DNA of 64,000 nucleotides from Candidatus Heimdallarchaeum endolithica (GCA_021513715.1 CP084167.1:416001-480000); one strand, 5' to 3'. Shown: positions 28,518 through 39,477, counted from the stretch's first letter. Translations and numbers: made by a program. Notes: generated by a model not told the origin, from the letters alone.

Positions 28518-30692
28518 TTAATTTTTTCTTTTTCTGAATAAGAAAGTTGTCATAAATACAGTACTTATAACAATAAAAGCTCCAAATCCTGGAGTATTAG
28601 TAGGTTGGGTGTCTGTTGGTACTGTTGTCTCTGTTGGCTCTGTCTGCTCTGTAGGTTGAGGATTAGGTTCAAAGTAGGTTTTGAATTCAGGATCGTGTGT
28701 AATTTCTTTTCCATCCCAAACAGGATAATTAATTATAATCAAATCTTTCCTATATAACCAGTTTAAAGTTGTTTCTTGTTTTTCTGAATCTGTCATTACT
28801 TGTCCTATATCATCACTTTCACTTTCAAATTCTCCTATTTCTGTTGAATTAGAAAATGTTTTCTGCCCTGTTAAATAAACCAAGTTTAACACTGTAGTAT
28901 TTGTATTATATGTTGAACCATCTATCGAATATTCTAATTTCGAACCACCTAAACTAATGTCAATTAACGCTGTGTCATCACTGTATTCAATTGATACCTC
29001 TGTTGTGGTTGCTGGAACTGAAGAACCTATTCCTTCTTCATCAGTTTTAGCCGTCACATCTTCTACTGTAAGCATTTCACTTACTTGATAAGTCGCTAGT
29101 GAAAGATCATTCATGCTATTTTTTAATGTTGTATCTGTTATTCCTCCAAAGATACTCGTAGTAGCTAAACTTGCTTCTCCAGTATCTAAATTAACTGTAT
29201 AAGTATAATCATAACTTATATCCATTGGATCTGTTGTTACTGTAGTATCTGAAGTGTTATACCATAAAACTGGATAATCATTGTAATCAATTCCCCAACT
29301 AAAAGTAACACTACCATCATCATTTTCTACAGGATCAGTCCATCTGGGTGTATAGTTTATTTCAGCATCTACATCGCCTATTTCTTCCACAACATACTTT
29401 TCTCCAACTTCGGTGTTGTTAATGTTGATATTGTTGTATATTCCTGCTCCAGGAGCATAAACAATACTGGTATAATTGTTGGTTATATTGTATGTTACAA
29501 AATATTCATTCTTGTGAGCTTCAGGAAAACCAATATATTTAACCCAATCAATAGGATCATGTTTTACATCTCCACTATCGTCTAAATATACATCAAGTTG
29601 ATTATTGTAGTTTCCATCATAGTAAGCTATCATTCTAGAAGGATTGAGTGTTCCCCATACAGCAAAATGATCTATAGTTGCATTAGTTGATCTGCTAACA
29701 AAAGCTTGTACAACTGCTTGAGCTGTAGATCTACTTTGTATTCGACCATAAGCTGTAAATTCAAAGCTTTGGTGTCCTTGATCTGCTATCAGTTTAGGCA
29801 ACATATTTCTTGGATAGTAGTTATAGGGAACATTCCCGCCATAGTCGCTGAATTCAGGGTCATCTGATGTAATAGTAACATTATTTAGATAAAATCTAAA
29901 GAATCCTACTTCCATTTTCAATACTTCAGCATATTCAATGTTAGATTTTATACATCCAAAGTAATTTAATCCAATATTAGTTCCATCAGTAATAATTACA
30001 TTATAACCAGTCATTGTTGCATTATACTCAAATCCATAAGCTACATACCCACCTATTAAGTTTCTAGCATAAAAAGTGGAGTTTACTGTAACTTGAAAAG
30101 TCTCTGTGGTAATTTGAATAAACATCGCTACAGGTATAATTGCTATTAAGTGGTAAAACTTGAATAATCCATATTCATCTACACTGTCAATAAACTCTAT
30201 AAGTGTGCTGTTCATAAATGATTGACCGAGATATTCTTTTTCAGTTGATAAGAAAAGTACTTCATTAGGTAGATCTGAAGTTACGTTTAAGCTGACATTA
30301 TAGTTTGCACTTCTAGCCCAAATTCGTGGCATAAGTTTGTTGTTGACATAATCTACCATTGTTTCATTATTCACTAAAATCTTAAATTCTGATTCACTTC
30401 CATTTCCCCAACTATAGTAGCGATAGTCAACTATTAAGTAAATAGCATTCACTAATTCATAGCCAGTTACTAAATCTAAAGGGCCAGTATACATAGTGGT
30501 TTCTTTATATTCTTCATCTACTATCATATAGTCAAAGTAACTATAAGAACCTGATTCACTAAAAGTTTTAACTTCGTGAGAATAATAAATACCATTTATT
30601 TCATTAGTTTCTCCTACTGAAGGGGGAGTGAGCGAAACAACAGAGAAAATAACCAAAGATAGAATTAAAAAAGTTAATTTCTGTTTGTTCAT
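28518..30692 (-). CDS. Cell-surface (S-layer-like) glycoprotein with PGF-CTERM-like sorting signal
   Basis: Signal peptide, many sequons, YPVWDG..ITHDP motif, P/T linker, TPGF-TM-RKRKN. Confidence 0.82.
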   Translation of the reverse strand: MNKQKLTFLILSLVIFSVVSLTPPSVGETNEINGIYYSHEVKTFSESGSYSYFDYMIVDEEYKETTMYTGPLDLVTGYELVNAIYLIVDYRYYSWGNGSESEFKILVNNETMVDYVNNKLMPRIWARSANYNVSLNVTSDLPNEVLFLSTEKEYLGQSFMNSTLIEFIDSVDEYGLFKFYHLIAIIPVAMFIQITTETFQVTVNSTFYARNLIGGYVAYGFEYNATMTGYNVIITDGTNIGLNYFGCIKSNIEYAEVLKMEVGFFRFYLNNVTITSDDPEFSDYGGNVPYNYYPRNMLPKLIADQGHQSFEFTAYGRIQSRSTAQAVVQAFVSRSTNATIDHFAVWGTLNPSRMIAYYDGNYNNQLDVYLDDSGDVKHDPIDWVKYIGFPEAHKNEYFVTYNITNNYTSIVYAPGAGIYNNININNTEVGEKYVVEEIGDVDAEINYTPRWTDPVENDDGSVTFSWGIDYNDYPVLWYNTSDTTVTTDPMDISYDYTYTVNLDTGEASLATTSIFGGITDTTLKNSMNDLSLATYQVSEMLTVEDVTAKTDEEGIGSSVPATTTEVSIEYSDDTALIDISLGGSKLEYSIDGSTYNTNTTVLNLVYLTGQKTFSNSTEIGEFESESDDIGQVMTDSEKQETTLNWLYRKDLIIINYPVWDGKEITHDPEFKTYFEPNPQPTEQTEPTETTVPTDTQPTNTPGFGAFIVISTVFMTTFLFRKRKN

Positions 30693-30880
30693 ATTTATAT
30701 TTATGTGTTACAAAATATATAAATCTATTTTTCGAATTTTCTCGAATGATATAAATACAAGGCTTTTATTAAATGATTTTAAAAAATGATTTTCATTATT
30801 TCATAATTGGTATATTAATTAAATAGAAAATTGAAATACTGTTCTCATTTATATTTCTTAAAATTTATATAACATAACGT

Positions 30881-32476
30881 TTGTTCTTTCCCATGAGTAA
30901 TGAAAAAGGCAGTAAGATAAATCATTTTGTAGGAATGCTGCTATACCTAGGTATATTAGTTTATTTTATAACTTCCTTAGTTTCTCTATTTATTCACTTA
31001 TCAGATTTAAAAGCTCATGGTTTTATACTAAATCTGCTTGCCTTACTTTTTGAAACACTTGGTCCTTTATATGCTGTTTATTTTATGATTCAATTAATTG
31101 ATGGTATTTTAAACGTTGGAGAAATAAATTATAGCATTGATAAGTTATCTGAATTTCCAAAAGTTACAGTTATTGTACCTATTCATAATGTTAATCCAGT
31201 TGTTTTGAAGGATACATTACTAGGCTTCAAAAACCAAAATTACCCAAATTTTGAACTATGGGTTGGTGATGACAGTACAGATGCTAAATTACGTGAAGAA
31301 TGTAAAAAAATTACAGAAGAGAGTGGTTTTATTTATTTTTATAGAGAAAATGATCGATTCAAAGCACATATGGTCAACATGATATTAGAACAACCACAAG
31401 TTAAAGAATCAAAATATGTTGCTTTCTTTGACGTGGATCATATCCCCGAACCAAATATTTTGAAAAAATTTGTAGCAATATTAGAGCAACATCCTGAATT
31501 TGTATTTGTTCAAGGAAAATTTGGGTTTAGAAATGCAAAGAACTATCTTCATGTTTGGGAAGCTATGTCTCTAACACAGATGTTTGCAAGTCAAAATGCT
31601 AGACGAAAAACAGGTAATGTTCTTTTCTGTGGAAGTACTGCTTGTTTTAGAAGAGACATTCTAAAAGGCCTTCCAGAAGGAACTTTAACAGAAGATTATG
31701 ATCTAACAATCAGACTTGCTTCTGAAGGTTACAGAGGATATTGGCTAGACGAGATTAGCTCAATGAGTTTAGTTCCTGAAAATATTGGTCATCAAATGTC
31801 TCAACTTGATAGATGGATGACAGGTCAAGCTGGAGCATTATCAGATCATATAGGTAAATTGTTTAGAAGTAAAATGACTTTCAAACAAGCAATAGATTTT
31901 GTAGTTTCTTCTACTGTTGTACTAGTAGCTACTTCATTCTACTTTTTAGGAATCTTTTATGCTTTGATTTATGGCTTTAAACTACCAATTTATCGTGCTT
32001 TGGGACTAGATGCCTTTTCTCTAATTATTATGCCAATTTTGACTTTTGTAATCTATATATGTACTCTGACAGCAACTACTATTTATACTGCTAAATCTGG
32101 AACTTATCCTTTAAAATGGTGGCATATTCCATTCTTTTTAGCTTTTGGTGGAATGACTGCACCTTTTTTAGTTTTTCCAGTTATCAAAGGACTATTTAGA
32201 AAAAATAAAATTATTCCAGGGAAAACTAAATGGAATAAACAAATTCCCTTAATTCCACTTTCAATCTTCTTCTCACTAATTGGAGTTGCTTTTGTAGGCT
32301 TAACAGTTTCCTCTGTCCTTGATTTCTTGGCAATTACAAATTGGTACGGGTATAACTATTTCTTCATCCTTTTTGGAATTATAGGAATTACACTCATCTT
32401 TGCTTTTCCATTTATAGTAGTTTCTAAAATAATGTTTAAAGCTCAAAATTATGAGGAAGTAATGATCTATCATTAA
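30881..32476 (+). CDS. Processive GT2 glycosyltransferase, cellulose-synthase-like
   Basis: DDS, KA, DVDH, TED and QLDRW (QxxRW) motifs, with TM helices on both sides. Start probably ATG 30893. Confidence 0.9.
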   Translation: MFFPMSNEKGSKINHFVGMLLYLGILVYFITSLVSLFIHLSDLKAHGFILNLLALLFETLGPLYAVYFMIQLIDGILNVGEINYSIDKLSEFPKVTVIVPIHNVNPVVLKDTLLGFKNQNYPNFELWVGDDSTDAKLREECKKITEESGFIYFYRENDRFKAHMVNMILEQPQVKESKYVAFFDVDHIPEPNILKKFVAILEQHPEFVFVQGKFGFRNAKNYLHVWEAMSLTQMFASQNARRKTGNVLFCGSTACFRRDILKGLPEGTLTEDYDLTIRLASEGYRGYWLDEISSMSLVPENIGHQMSQLDRWMTGQAGALSDHIGKLFRSKMTFKQAIDFVVSSTVVLVATSFYFLGIFYALIYGFKLPIYRALGLDAFSLIIMPILTFVIYICTLTATTIYTAKSGTYPLKWWHIPFFLAFGGMTAPFLVFPVIKGLFRKNKIIPGKTKWNKQIPLIPLSIFFSLIGVAFVGLTVSSVLDFLAITNWYGYNYFFILFGIIGITLIFAFPFIVVSKIMFKAQNYEEVMIYH

Positions 32477-32491
32477 AAAAAAAAGAAAAAA

Positions 32492-33061
32492 TTACCTTCT
32501 TCTCTTTCTCTTTCTCTTTTTATTTTGTTTTATAGTTCTAAAAGCAATTATTAATGATAGAATAGTAAAGATCAAACCTACAATAGCATAAATAGGAAAA
32601 TTAGTATCATAATTACTCCCGTATCTATCTATAAAAGTTAAATAAGAAACAAAACCCATGATTGTCGTACCTAAAATCAATATATCAGCAATAAATGCAC
32701 CTATGGCTCCAGGAATAAATAATAAAAGTAAAGCAGCAATTAGTAAATAAGGAATAATTAATGTAAGTAATCCTTCAGTGGATAAATTATTATCAATATC
32801 TAAGAAACTTATTTCTATATCACTTACATAAAGGATAGCAAACAACTTTGTTCTATCAGATAAAGCGTCACTTGCATAATCCCATCTTCCGTCTTCACTA
32901 AACCAGTTGAAGTTGTAAAAAGCTACTTCAAATTCATTATCACGAACAGATACAGCTCCTAAGGGAGTCATCATATATGAAGTATTAGAACTATCAACTT
33001 GATGAATACCAATAGGGATGATAAAGAGTATTAAAATAAAAACTACATTAAGAGCTTTCAT
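32492..33061 (-). CDS. Hypothetical membrane protein
   Basis: Signal-like N-terminus, 3 TM segments, basic tail. Confidence 0.7.
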   Translation of the reverse strand: MKALNVVFILILFIIPIGIHQVDSSNTSYMMTPLGAVSVRDNEFEVAFYNFNWFSEDGRWDYASDALSDRTKLFAILYVSDIEISFLDIDNNLSTEGLLTLIIPYLLIAALLLLFIPGAIGAFIADILILGTTIMGFVSYLTFIDRYGSNYDTNFPIYAIVGLIFTILSLIIAFRTIKQNKKRKRKRRR

Positions 33062-33171
33062 AGGGTTAGGAAAGTGACATCTTTTTTATCTTTTTTCTAG
33101 AACCATAGTAGATTTTCTTTGGATATATAGTTTCTTATAAAATGTGGACATTGTATATACGCTTGATAGCC

Positions 33172-34192
33172 TGTTCACTCAATAGACCTGGGTTACACTT
33201 TTGGGCACTAGAGAAACGTAAGGGTGATTCATAAATCTTTCTCCAGGAGTAAGGAGGTTAAGAGACTGGTGAGGACGACTAAAATTGTAGTACGAGCGAT
33301 AGTAAGAGAGGTCGGAGTTGCAGTATTTTAGTCCTAATCTTTCCATCTCACGGATGATGGTTGGGTTCCATGTAGTCTTTCTACTTTTCCGCATGTTTCG
33401 GGGTGAAAAACTCTAGCTCTGATGTGTTTTATTCCTTCTGTTTGACACCAACGGGAGAAGGTACTTGTTCCTCCTCTAACGGAAGAGAAGAGTGCTCCAT
33501 TGTCTGTGAGGATAGACTCGGGGTGACCATATTTTTCTATTGCTTCTTCTAGCAAGCTTATTATTTGCTCTTTTTTTGGCGCAAAAGGGTGAAGTTTAGC
33601 TCCTAGACAGAATCGTGAGTGATCATCTATTAGAGTTATGAGGTGGAGATGTTGTCCTTGTTCTTCTACCCAGAATGGTCCTTTCACATCTATCTGCCAG
33701 AGTTCGTTAGGTTTTTCTCGCTCAAATCTCTTGTATCGAGGTCTCTTCCTCTTTTTCCTATTACTCCACAGAGGAAGACCAAGCTCTCCTATTACTTTAA
33801 TTACTGTATTTCGCGATAATCCTCTTCCTTCTTTCTTCAACAGATAAGCTATCTTCTCCACATTCATTCCTTGTTTTATTCTTAACTCCCTTATCCTCTC
33901 TCTTAACTCCTCATCTACTTTCCTGTGTATAGTTTTTGGTCTGGAAGATCTATCCTTCCACCATTCTCCTTCAGGGTTCTTTCTGAACCTCTTTAACCAC
34001 TTATACACAAACTTCCTACTCACCATATAGTCGTGAGCTACCTTTTTTATCTTCTCTTTTCTCCTTCCAAAGCTTTTTTAACCACAATCTTTCTTAGTCT
34101 CTCTAGGTTACGTTCGGGTTTGTTCATGTTTAATCACTTACCCTCGTAACCCACTTTCTATTTATTTGTTACCAACGTAGGTAGAGTATACA
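33172..34192 (-). mobile_element. IS481-family insertion sequence, inactivated
   Basis: TGT...ACA ends with imperfect IRs (TGTTCACTCAATAGACCTGGGTTACA vs TGTATACTCTACCTACGTTGGTAACA), ~1.02 kb. No clear TSD. Confidence 0.85.
33179..34127 (-). pseudogene. Frameshifted IS481/rve integrase-type transposase
   Basis: HTH SRKFVYKW, DRSSRP, PNELWQID, IDDHSRF, LTDNG, GKVER, YNFSRPHQSL. Two frameshifts (~34054, ~33363), each repaired by removing 5 nt, giving ~312 aa. Confidence 0.88.
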
Positions 34193-34490
34193 ATTCTTTT
34201 TTTTTCTAGAAAAGTTTAAGTGAAGGCCTATAAATTGTTTTTATAACAAAATCTTGAAAGACTACCACTTAGCTTATTTACTCAACTAAATGTTATTAAA
34301 ATAAAAATAGAAAGCATCTCATTAAATACATCTTCCTAATTTTATGGCAAAAGTTATGAAGGAAAACCAGACATTAATTGTATAAACACGTAAAATTTTA
34401 AACGACTGAAACAGTGCACCTTATTGCAGAAATATTAATTAATGGAAAAAATTTATATATTTTTTAAAGGAAGCTTTGTTTTGAAAAAGA

Positions 34491-37400
34491 ATGAGAAAAA
34501 ATATTAAAATATTATTTATTGCTTTTGGAATAATAGTTTTTAGTGCATGTTTTCTCTATGTTTCCTTTTTGGAATTTCATTTTAAATACCAACATAATAA
34601 GGTATTACATTCTTTAAATATAAATAAGAATACTGAAAATCAAGATTTCTTTAGTGAAAACCTGTCTGAATCAAAGCAAAATTTTACCAATTATAAAAAA
34701 TTATATCCATCTTTTGGTTTTAAAACAAAATGGGCTCGAGACTTGTTCTATCATGATGCTCCACTTACAGCTTCAGCAGATTTAGATGGAGACGGAAAAA
34801 AGGAAATAATTGCAACTGATTCTTATAAAATTATCTGTTTAGATAGTGATGGAAATGAACTTTGGAGCTATCCAGGAGTGCCTAGTTATGCACAACCCAC
34901 AATAATAGATATTGACAACGATTCATCTCTTGAAATACTTTATAGAGTAGAAAATTCTATATATTGTTTAAATAGAACAGGATATAAAGAATGGGTATAT
35001 AATTCAATATCAAGTGATTTTTGTGTCGCTGATATAAATAATGATAACTTCTTTGAAATTCTATTCTATAATTATTCAGACTTAGTAAATCTCTCGCATA
35101 ATGGTAGTGTAATTTGGATATATCATAATTCTTTTAACTTCACTATGTCTCCACGGGTTGCAGACATTAACAATGATAATTATATGGAAATTATAGTTGG
35201 AGATGAAGATAACAATGTTTACAGTTTTTATCACACAAAAATACTACATTGGTCGTCTAAACTTGATGGAAAACCTATATTTTCGGCTTCTTTTGGAGAT
35301 ATAAATAATGATGGAAGTATTAAGATATTTTTGTGTCTAGATAACAATAAGGTATATTGCATTAATGTAACAGGAGGTATTGAGTGGTATTATGTTTGTG
35401 CTCATCCCCTTTTCTCATCTCCAGTTGTTACAGATATTAATAACGATTTTGTTCCAGAAATTCTTTTTGTTGATAAGCTCAATCTTTATTGCTTAGACTC
35501 AGAAGGTAATATCTTGTTTAATAAAATAGTTGCTGGTTTATCAATCTGCGGAGAACCATCAATTGCTGATTTTAATGGAGACAACTATATGGAAATAATA
35601 GTTTATACGTGGGATTATAAATTTATTTGTTATGATTGTGAAGGAAATGTAATTTTAACATTAGATACCAAAACAGGAGAACCAATAAGATATCATTATG
35701 CTACTCAATATGTAACTGATCTTGATAATAATGGACTTCTTGATGTGTTGTTTTATTCAATAGAATTACAGCTTTGTTGCTTAGAAGTAAATAATGTGCA
35801 AAAAAGCGGCAATGCTACATGGTACAGTTTAAGTGGATCAAATTTTCATACAGGTTGGGATGATGTGGATGGAGATTATTTAGATAAAGCAACTGAAGAA
35901 ATAGTTTATAAAACAAATGTGTCTCAATCAGATAGCGATTTAGATGGATTGTCAGATTCTTACGAAGTAATGATCTCTTTTACCTCTCCGATAAATAATG
36001 ATACTGATTCTGATGGATTGTTGGATGGAGAGGAGGTCTTAACTTATTCTACATTGCCAACAAATAATGATACTGATTCTGATGGATTGTTAGATGGTGA
36101 GGAGGTCTTAACTTATTTTACATTGCCAACAAATAATGATACTGATTCTGATGGATTGTTGGATGGAGAGGAGGTCTTAACTTATTCTACATTGCCAACA
36201 AATAATGATACTGATTCTGATGGATTGTTGGATGGAGAGGAGGTCTTAACTTATTCTACATTGCCAACAAATAATGATACTGATTCTGATGGATTGTTGG
36301 ATGGAGAGGAGGTCTTAACTTATTCTACATTACCAACAAATAATGATACTGATAACGACGATATTCCTGATGGTTGGGAAGTAGAGAATGGACTTGACCC
36401 TTTAGTTAACGATACAAGTGGTGATCTAGACTCTGATGGTTTAACTAATGTTCAGGAATATACATATTCTACTCAAGCTAATAACGATGACACTGATTCT
36501 GATGGATTGTTGGATGGAGAGGAGGTCTTAACTTATTCTACATCACCAACAGATAATGATACTGATTCTGATGGATTGTTAGATGGAGAGGAGGTCTTAA
36601 CTTATTCTACATCACCAACAGATAATGATACTGATTCTGATGGATTGTTAGATGGTGAGGAGATCTTAATTTACTCTACATTGCCAGATGATCCTGATTG
36701 TGACAACGACTTTCTCACAGATTATGAGGAAGTAAAAATATATGATACAAATCCATTTTACAGTGACACTGATTATGATGGTATTGGTGATTACAGTGAA
36801 ATAATTGACTATGGAACAGATCCAAAAAATCCTGACACAGATGGAGATGGATTGAATGATATGACAGAGCTACCACCAGATTCTGTTACAAGTCCAGTAG
36901 ACCCTGATACTGATTCTGATGGATTGTTGGATGGAGAGGAGGTCTTAACTTATTCTACATCACCTGATGACTCTGATTCAGATGACGATAACATGCCTGA
37001 TGGTTGGGAAGTAGAGAATGGACTTGACCCTTTAGTTAACGACACAAGTGGTGATCTAGACTCTGATGGTTTAACTAATCTTCAGGAATATATCTCTTCC
37101 ACTCAAGCTAATAACGATGATACTGATTCTGATGGATTGTTGGATGGAGAGGAGGTCTTAACTTATTCTACATTGCCAACAAATAATGATACTGATACAG
37201 ATGGATTGTTAGATGGTGAGGAGGTCTTAACTTATTCTACATTGCCAACAAATAATGATACTGATACAGATGGATTGTTGGATGGAGAGGAGGTCTTAAC
37301 TTATTCTACATCATCAACAGATAATGATACTGATTCTGATGGATTGTTGGATGGAGAGGAAATCCTGAATTATAGTTGCAATCCTACCTTAAATGATACT

Positions 37401-39323
37401 GATTCTGATGGATTGTTAGATGGTGAGGAGGTCTTAACTTATTCTACATTGCCAACAAATAATGATACTGATACAGATGGATTGTTAGATGGAGAGGAGG
37501 TCTTAACTTATTCTACATTGCCAACAAATAATGATACTGATACAGATGGATTGTTAGATGGAGAGGAGGTTATAACTTATTCTACATTGCCAACAAATAA
37601 TGATACTGATACAGATGGATTGTTGGATGGAGAGGAGGTCTTAACTTATTCTACATCACCAACAGATAATGATACTGATTCTGATGGATTGTTGGATGGA
37701 GAGGAAATCCTGAATTATAGTTGCAATCCTACCTTAAATGATACTGATTCTGATGGATTGTTAGATGGTGAGGAGGTCTTAACTTATTCTACATTGCCAA
37801 CAAATAATGATACTGATTCTGATGGATTGTTAGATGGTGAGGAGGTCTTAACTTATTCTACATTGCCAACAAATAATGATACTGATACAGATGGATTGTT
37901 GGATGGAGAGGAGGTTATAACTTATTCTACATTGCCAACAAATAATGATACTGATACAGATGGATTGTTGGATGGAGAGGAGGTCTTAACTTATTCTACA
38001 TCACCAACAGATAATGATACTGATTCTGATGGATTGTTAGATGGAGAGGAAATCCTGAATTATAGTTGCAATCCTACCTTAAATGATACTGATACAGATG
38101 GATTGTTAGATGGAGAGGAAATCCTGAATTATAGTTGCAATCCTACCTTAAATGATACTGATACAGATGGATTGTTGGATGGAGAGGAGGTCTTAACTTA
38201 TTCTACATTGCCAACAAATAATGATACTGATTCTGATGGATTGTTAGATGGTGAGGAGGTCTCAACTTACTTTACATCACCTAACGATAGTGATACCGAT
38301 GACGACAAAATATCAGATTACGAGGAATTGATGCTATACGATACCAATCCTACCTTAAATGACACTGATACAGATGGATTGTTGGATGGAGAGGAAATCC
38401 TGAATTATAGTTGCAATCCTACCTTAAATGATACTGATTCTGATGGATTGTTAGATGGTGAGGAGGTTATAACTTATTCTACATTGCCAACAAATAATGA
38501 TACTGATTCTGATGGATTGTTAGATGGTGAGGAGGTTATAACTTATTCTACATTGCCAACAAATAATGATACTGATTCTGATGGATTGTTAGATGGTGAG
38601 GAGGTCTCAACTTATTCTACATTGCCAACAGATAATGATACTGATTCTGATGGATTGTTAGATGGTGAGGAGGTCTCAACTTACTTTACATCACCTAACG
38701 ATAGTGATACCGATGACGACAAAATATCAGATTACGAGGAATTGATGCTATACGATACCAATCCTACCTTAAATGACACTGATACAGATGAACTAACAGA
38801 TTATGAGGAATTAATGATATACTCTACAAATCCTATTAAAAATGATACAGATATAGATAAACTAACTGATGGTGAAGAAATATTTATTTATTACACAAAT
38901 CCTGTTAAAAATGATACTGATGATGATAGATTGCTTGATGGTGAAGAGGTTTACATCTATTCTACATCACCAATTAAAAGTGATACAGATTCAGATGGTA
39001 TGCCTGATGGATGGGAAGTACAAAACGATCTTGACCCCCTAATTGATGATGCAAATGAGGATCCAGATAATGATGGATATCTTAACATAGAAGAATATAT
39101 TAATCATACAGACCCACATAAACTAGATAAAGGAAAAACAATAGGTGGAGTCAACTATCGTAAAATAATAATGTCAACTTTGATACCGTTAGGTGTTACT
39201 ATTACAGTTTTAACGGGATACATCGTAAGAAAAAATATTTTAAAGAAGAAAGCAATATCAAATATTGATAAATTGCTGGAAGAATATGATAAGTGGGGAA
39301 ATAAAGGAAAGAAAGTAAACTGA
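34491..39323 (+). CDS. Giant receptor-like membrane protein: FG-GAP propeller, long DxDxDG repeat stalk, TM helix, short cytoplasmic tail
   Basis: ADINND repeats, dozens of DTDSDGLLDGEEVLTYSTLPTNN units, TM IIMSTLIPLGVTITVLTGYIV, tail NIDKLLEEYDKWGNKGKKVN. Confidence 0.85.
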   Translation: MRKNIKILFIAFGIIVFSACFLYVSFLEFHFKYQHNKVLHSLNINKNTENQDFFSENLSESKQNFTNYKKLYPSFGFKTKWARDLFYHDAPLTASADLDGDGKKEIIATDSYKIICLDSDGNELWSYPGVPSYAQPTIIDIDNDSSLEILYRVENSIYCLNRTGYKEWVYNSISSDFCVADINNDNFFEILFYNYSDLVNLSHNGSVIWIYHNSFNFTMSPRVADINNDNYMEIIVGDEDNNVYSFYHTKILHWSSKLDGKPIFSASFGDINNDGSIKIFLCLDNNKVYCINVTGGIEWYYVCAHPLFSSPVVTDINNDFVPEILFVDKLNLYCLDSEGNILFNKIVAGLSICGEPSIADFNGDNYMEIIVYTWDYKFICYDCEGNVILTLDTKTGEPIRYHYATQYVTDLDNNGLLDVLFYSIELQLCCLEVNNVQKSGNATWYSLSGSNFHTGWDDVDGDYLDKATEEIVYKTNVSQSDSDLDGLSDSYEVMISFTSPINNDTDSDGLLDGEEVLTYSTLPTNNDTDSDGLLDGEEVLTYFTLPTNNDTDSDGLLDGEEVLTYSTLPTNNDTDSDGLLDGEEVLTYSTLPTNNDTDSDGLLDGEEVLTYSTLPTNNDTDNDDIPDGWEVENGLDPLVNDTSGDLDSDGLTNVQEYTYSTQANNDDTDSDGLLDGEEVLTYSTSPTDNDTDSDGLLDGEEVLTYSTSPTDNDTDSDGLLDGEEILIYSTLPDDPDCDNDFLTDYEEVKIYDTNPFYSDTDYDGIGDYSEIIDYGTDPKNPDTDGDGLNDMTELPPDSVTSPVDPDTDSDGLLDGEEVLTYSTSPDDSDSDDDNMPDGWEVENGLDPLVNDTSGDLDSDGLTNLQEYISSTQANNDDTDSDGLLDGEEVLTYSTLPTNNDTDTDGLLDGEEVLTYSTLPTNNDTDTDGLLDGEEVLTYSTSSTDNDTDSDGLLDGEEILNYSCNPTLNDTDSDGLLDGEEVLTYSTLPTNNDTDTDGLLDGEEVLTYSTLPTNNDTDTDGLLDGEEVITYSTLPTNNDTDTDGLLDGEEVLTYSTSPTDNDTDSDGLLDGEEILNYSCNPTLNDTDSDGLLDGEEVLTYSTLPTNNDTDSDGLLDGEEVLTYSTLPTNNDTDTDGLLDGEEVITYSTLPTNNDTDTDGLLDGEEVLTYSTSPTDNDTDSDGLLDGEEILNYSCNPTLNDTDTDGLLDGEEILNYSCNPTLNDTDTDGLLDGEEVLTYSTLPTNNDTDSDGLLDGEEVSTYFTSPNDSDTDDDKISDYEELMLYDTNPTLNDTDTDGLLDGEEILNYSCNPTLNDTDSDGLLDGEEVITYSTLPTNNDTDSDGLLDGEEVITYSTLPTNNDTDSDGLLDGEEVSTYSTLPTDNDTDSDGLLDGEEVSTYFTSPNDSDTDDDKISDYEELMLYDTNPTLNDTDTDELTDYEELMIYSTNPIKNDTDIDKLTDGEEIFIYYTNPVKNDTDDDRLLDGEEVYIYSTSPIKSDTDSDGMPDGWEVQNDLDPLIDDANEDPDNDGYLNIEEYINHTDPHKLDKGKTIGGVNYRKIIMSTLIPLGVTITVLTGYIVRKNILKKKAISNIDKLLEEYDKWGNKGKKVN
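35992..38800 (+). repeat. 69-bp (23-aa) near-identical coding tandem repeat array with higher-order duplications
   Basis: Unit AATGATACTGATTCTGATGGATTGTTGGATGGAGAGGAGGTCTTAACTTATTCTACATTGCCAACAAAT recurs. Variant units ILNYSCNPTLN and KISDYEELMLYDTNPTLN recur in blocks. Confidence 0.95.
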
Positions 39324-39477
39324 CTTTGTACTTGTATATATATGTTGATAGATGATGTTTCAGAGTTTATAATTACATGTTACATATGAGAAATAGACAT
39401 ATGAGAATTAGATTGAAATTTAATTGTTATTGCTGGATTCGCTAACACTATTACTGTACCTGATATTTTTATTCGGC

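Noticed and set aside
35992-38800. Regular repeats as a possible CRISPR array
   Set aside because: Units are contiguous in-frame 69-bp coding repeats with no unique spacers
39382-39411. 15-bp tandem repeat ACATATGAGAA[AT]TAG between convergent genes
   Set aside because: Only two copies in a terminator region, with no supportable function
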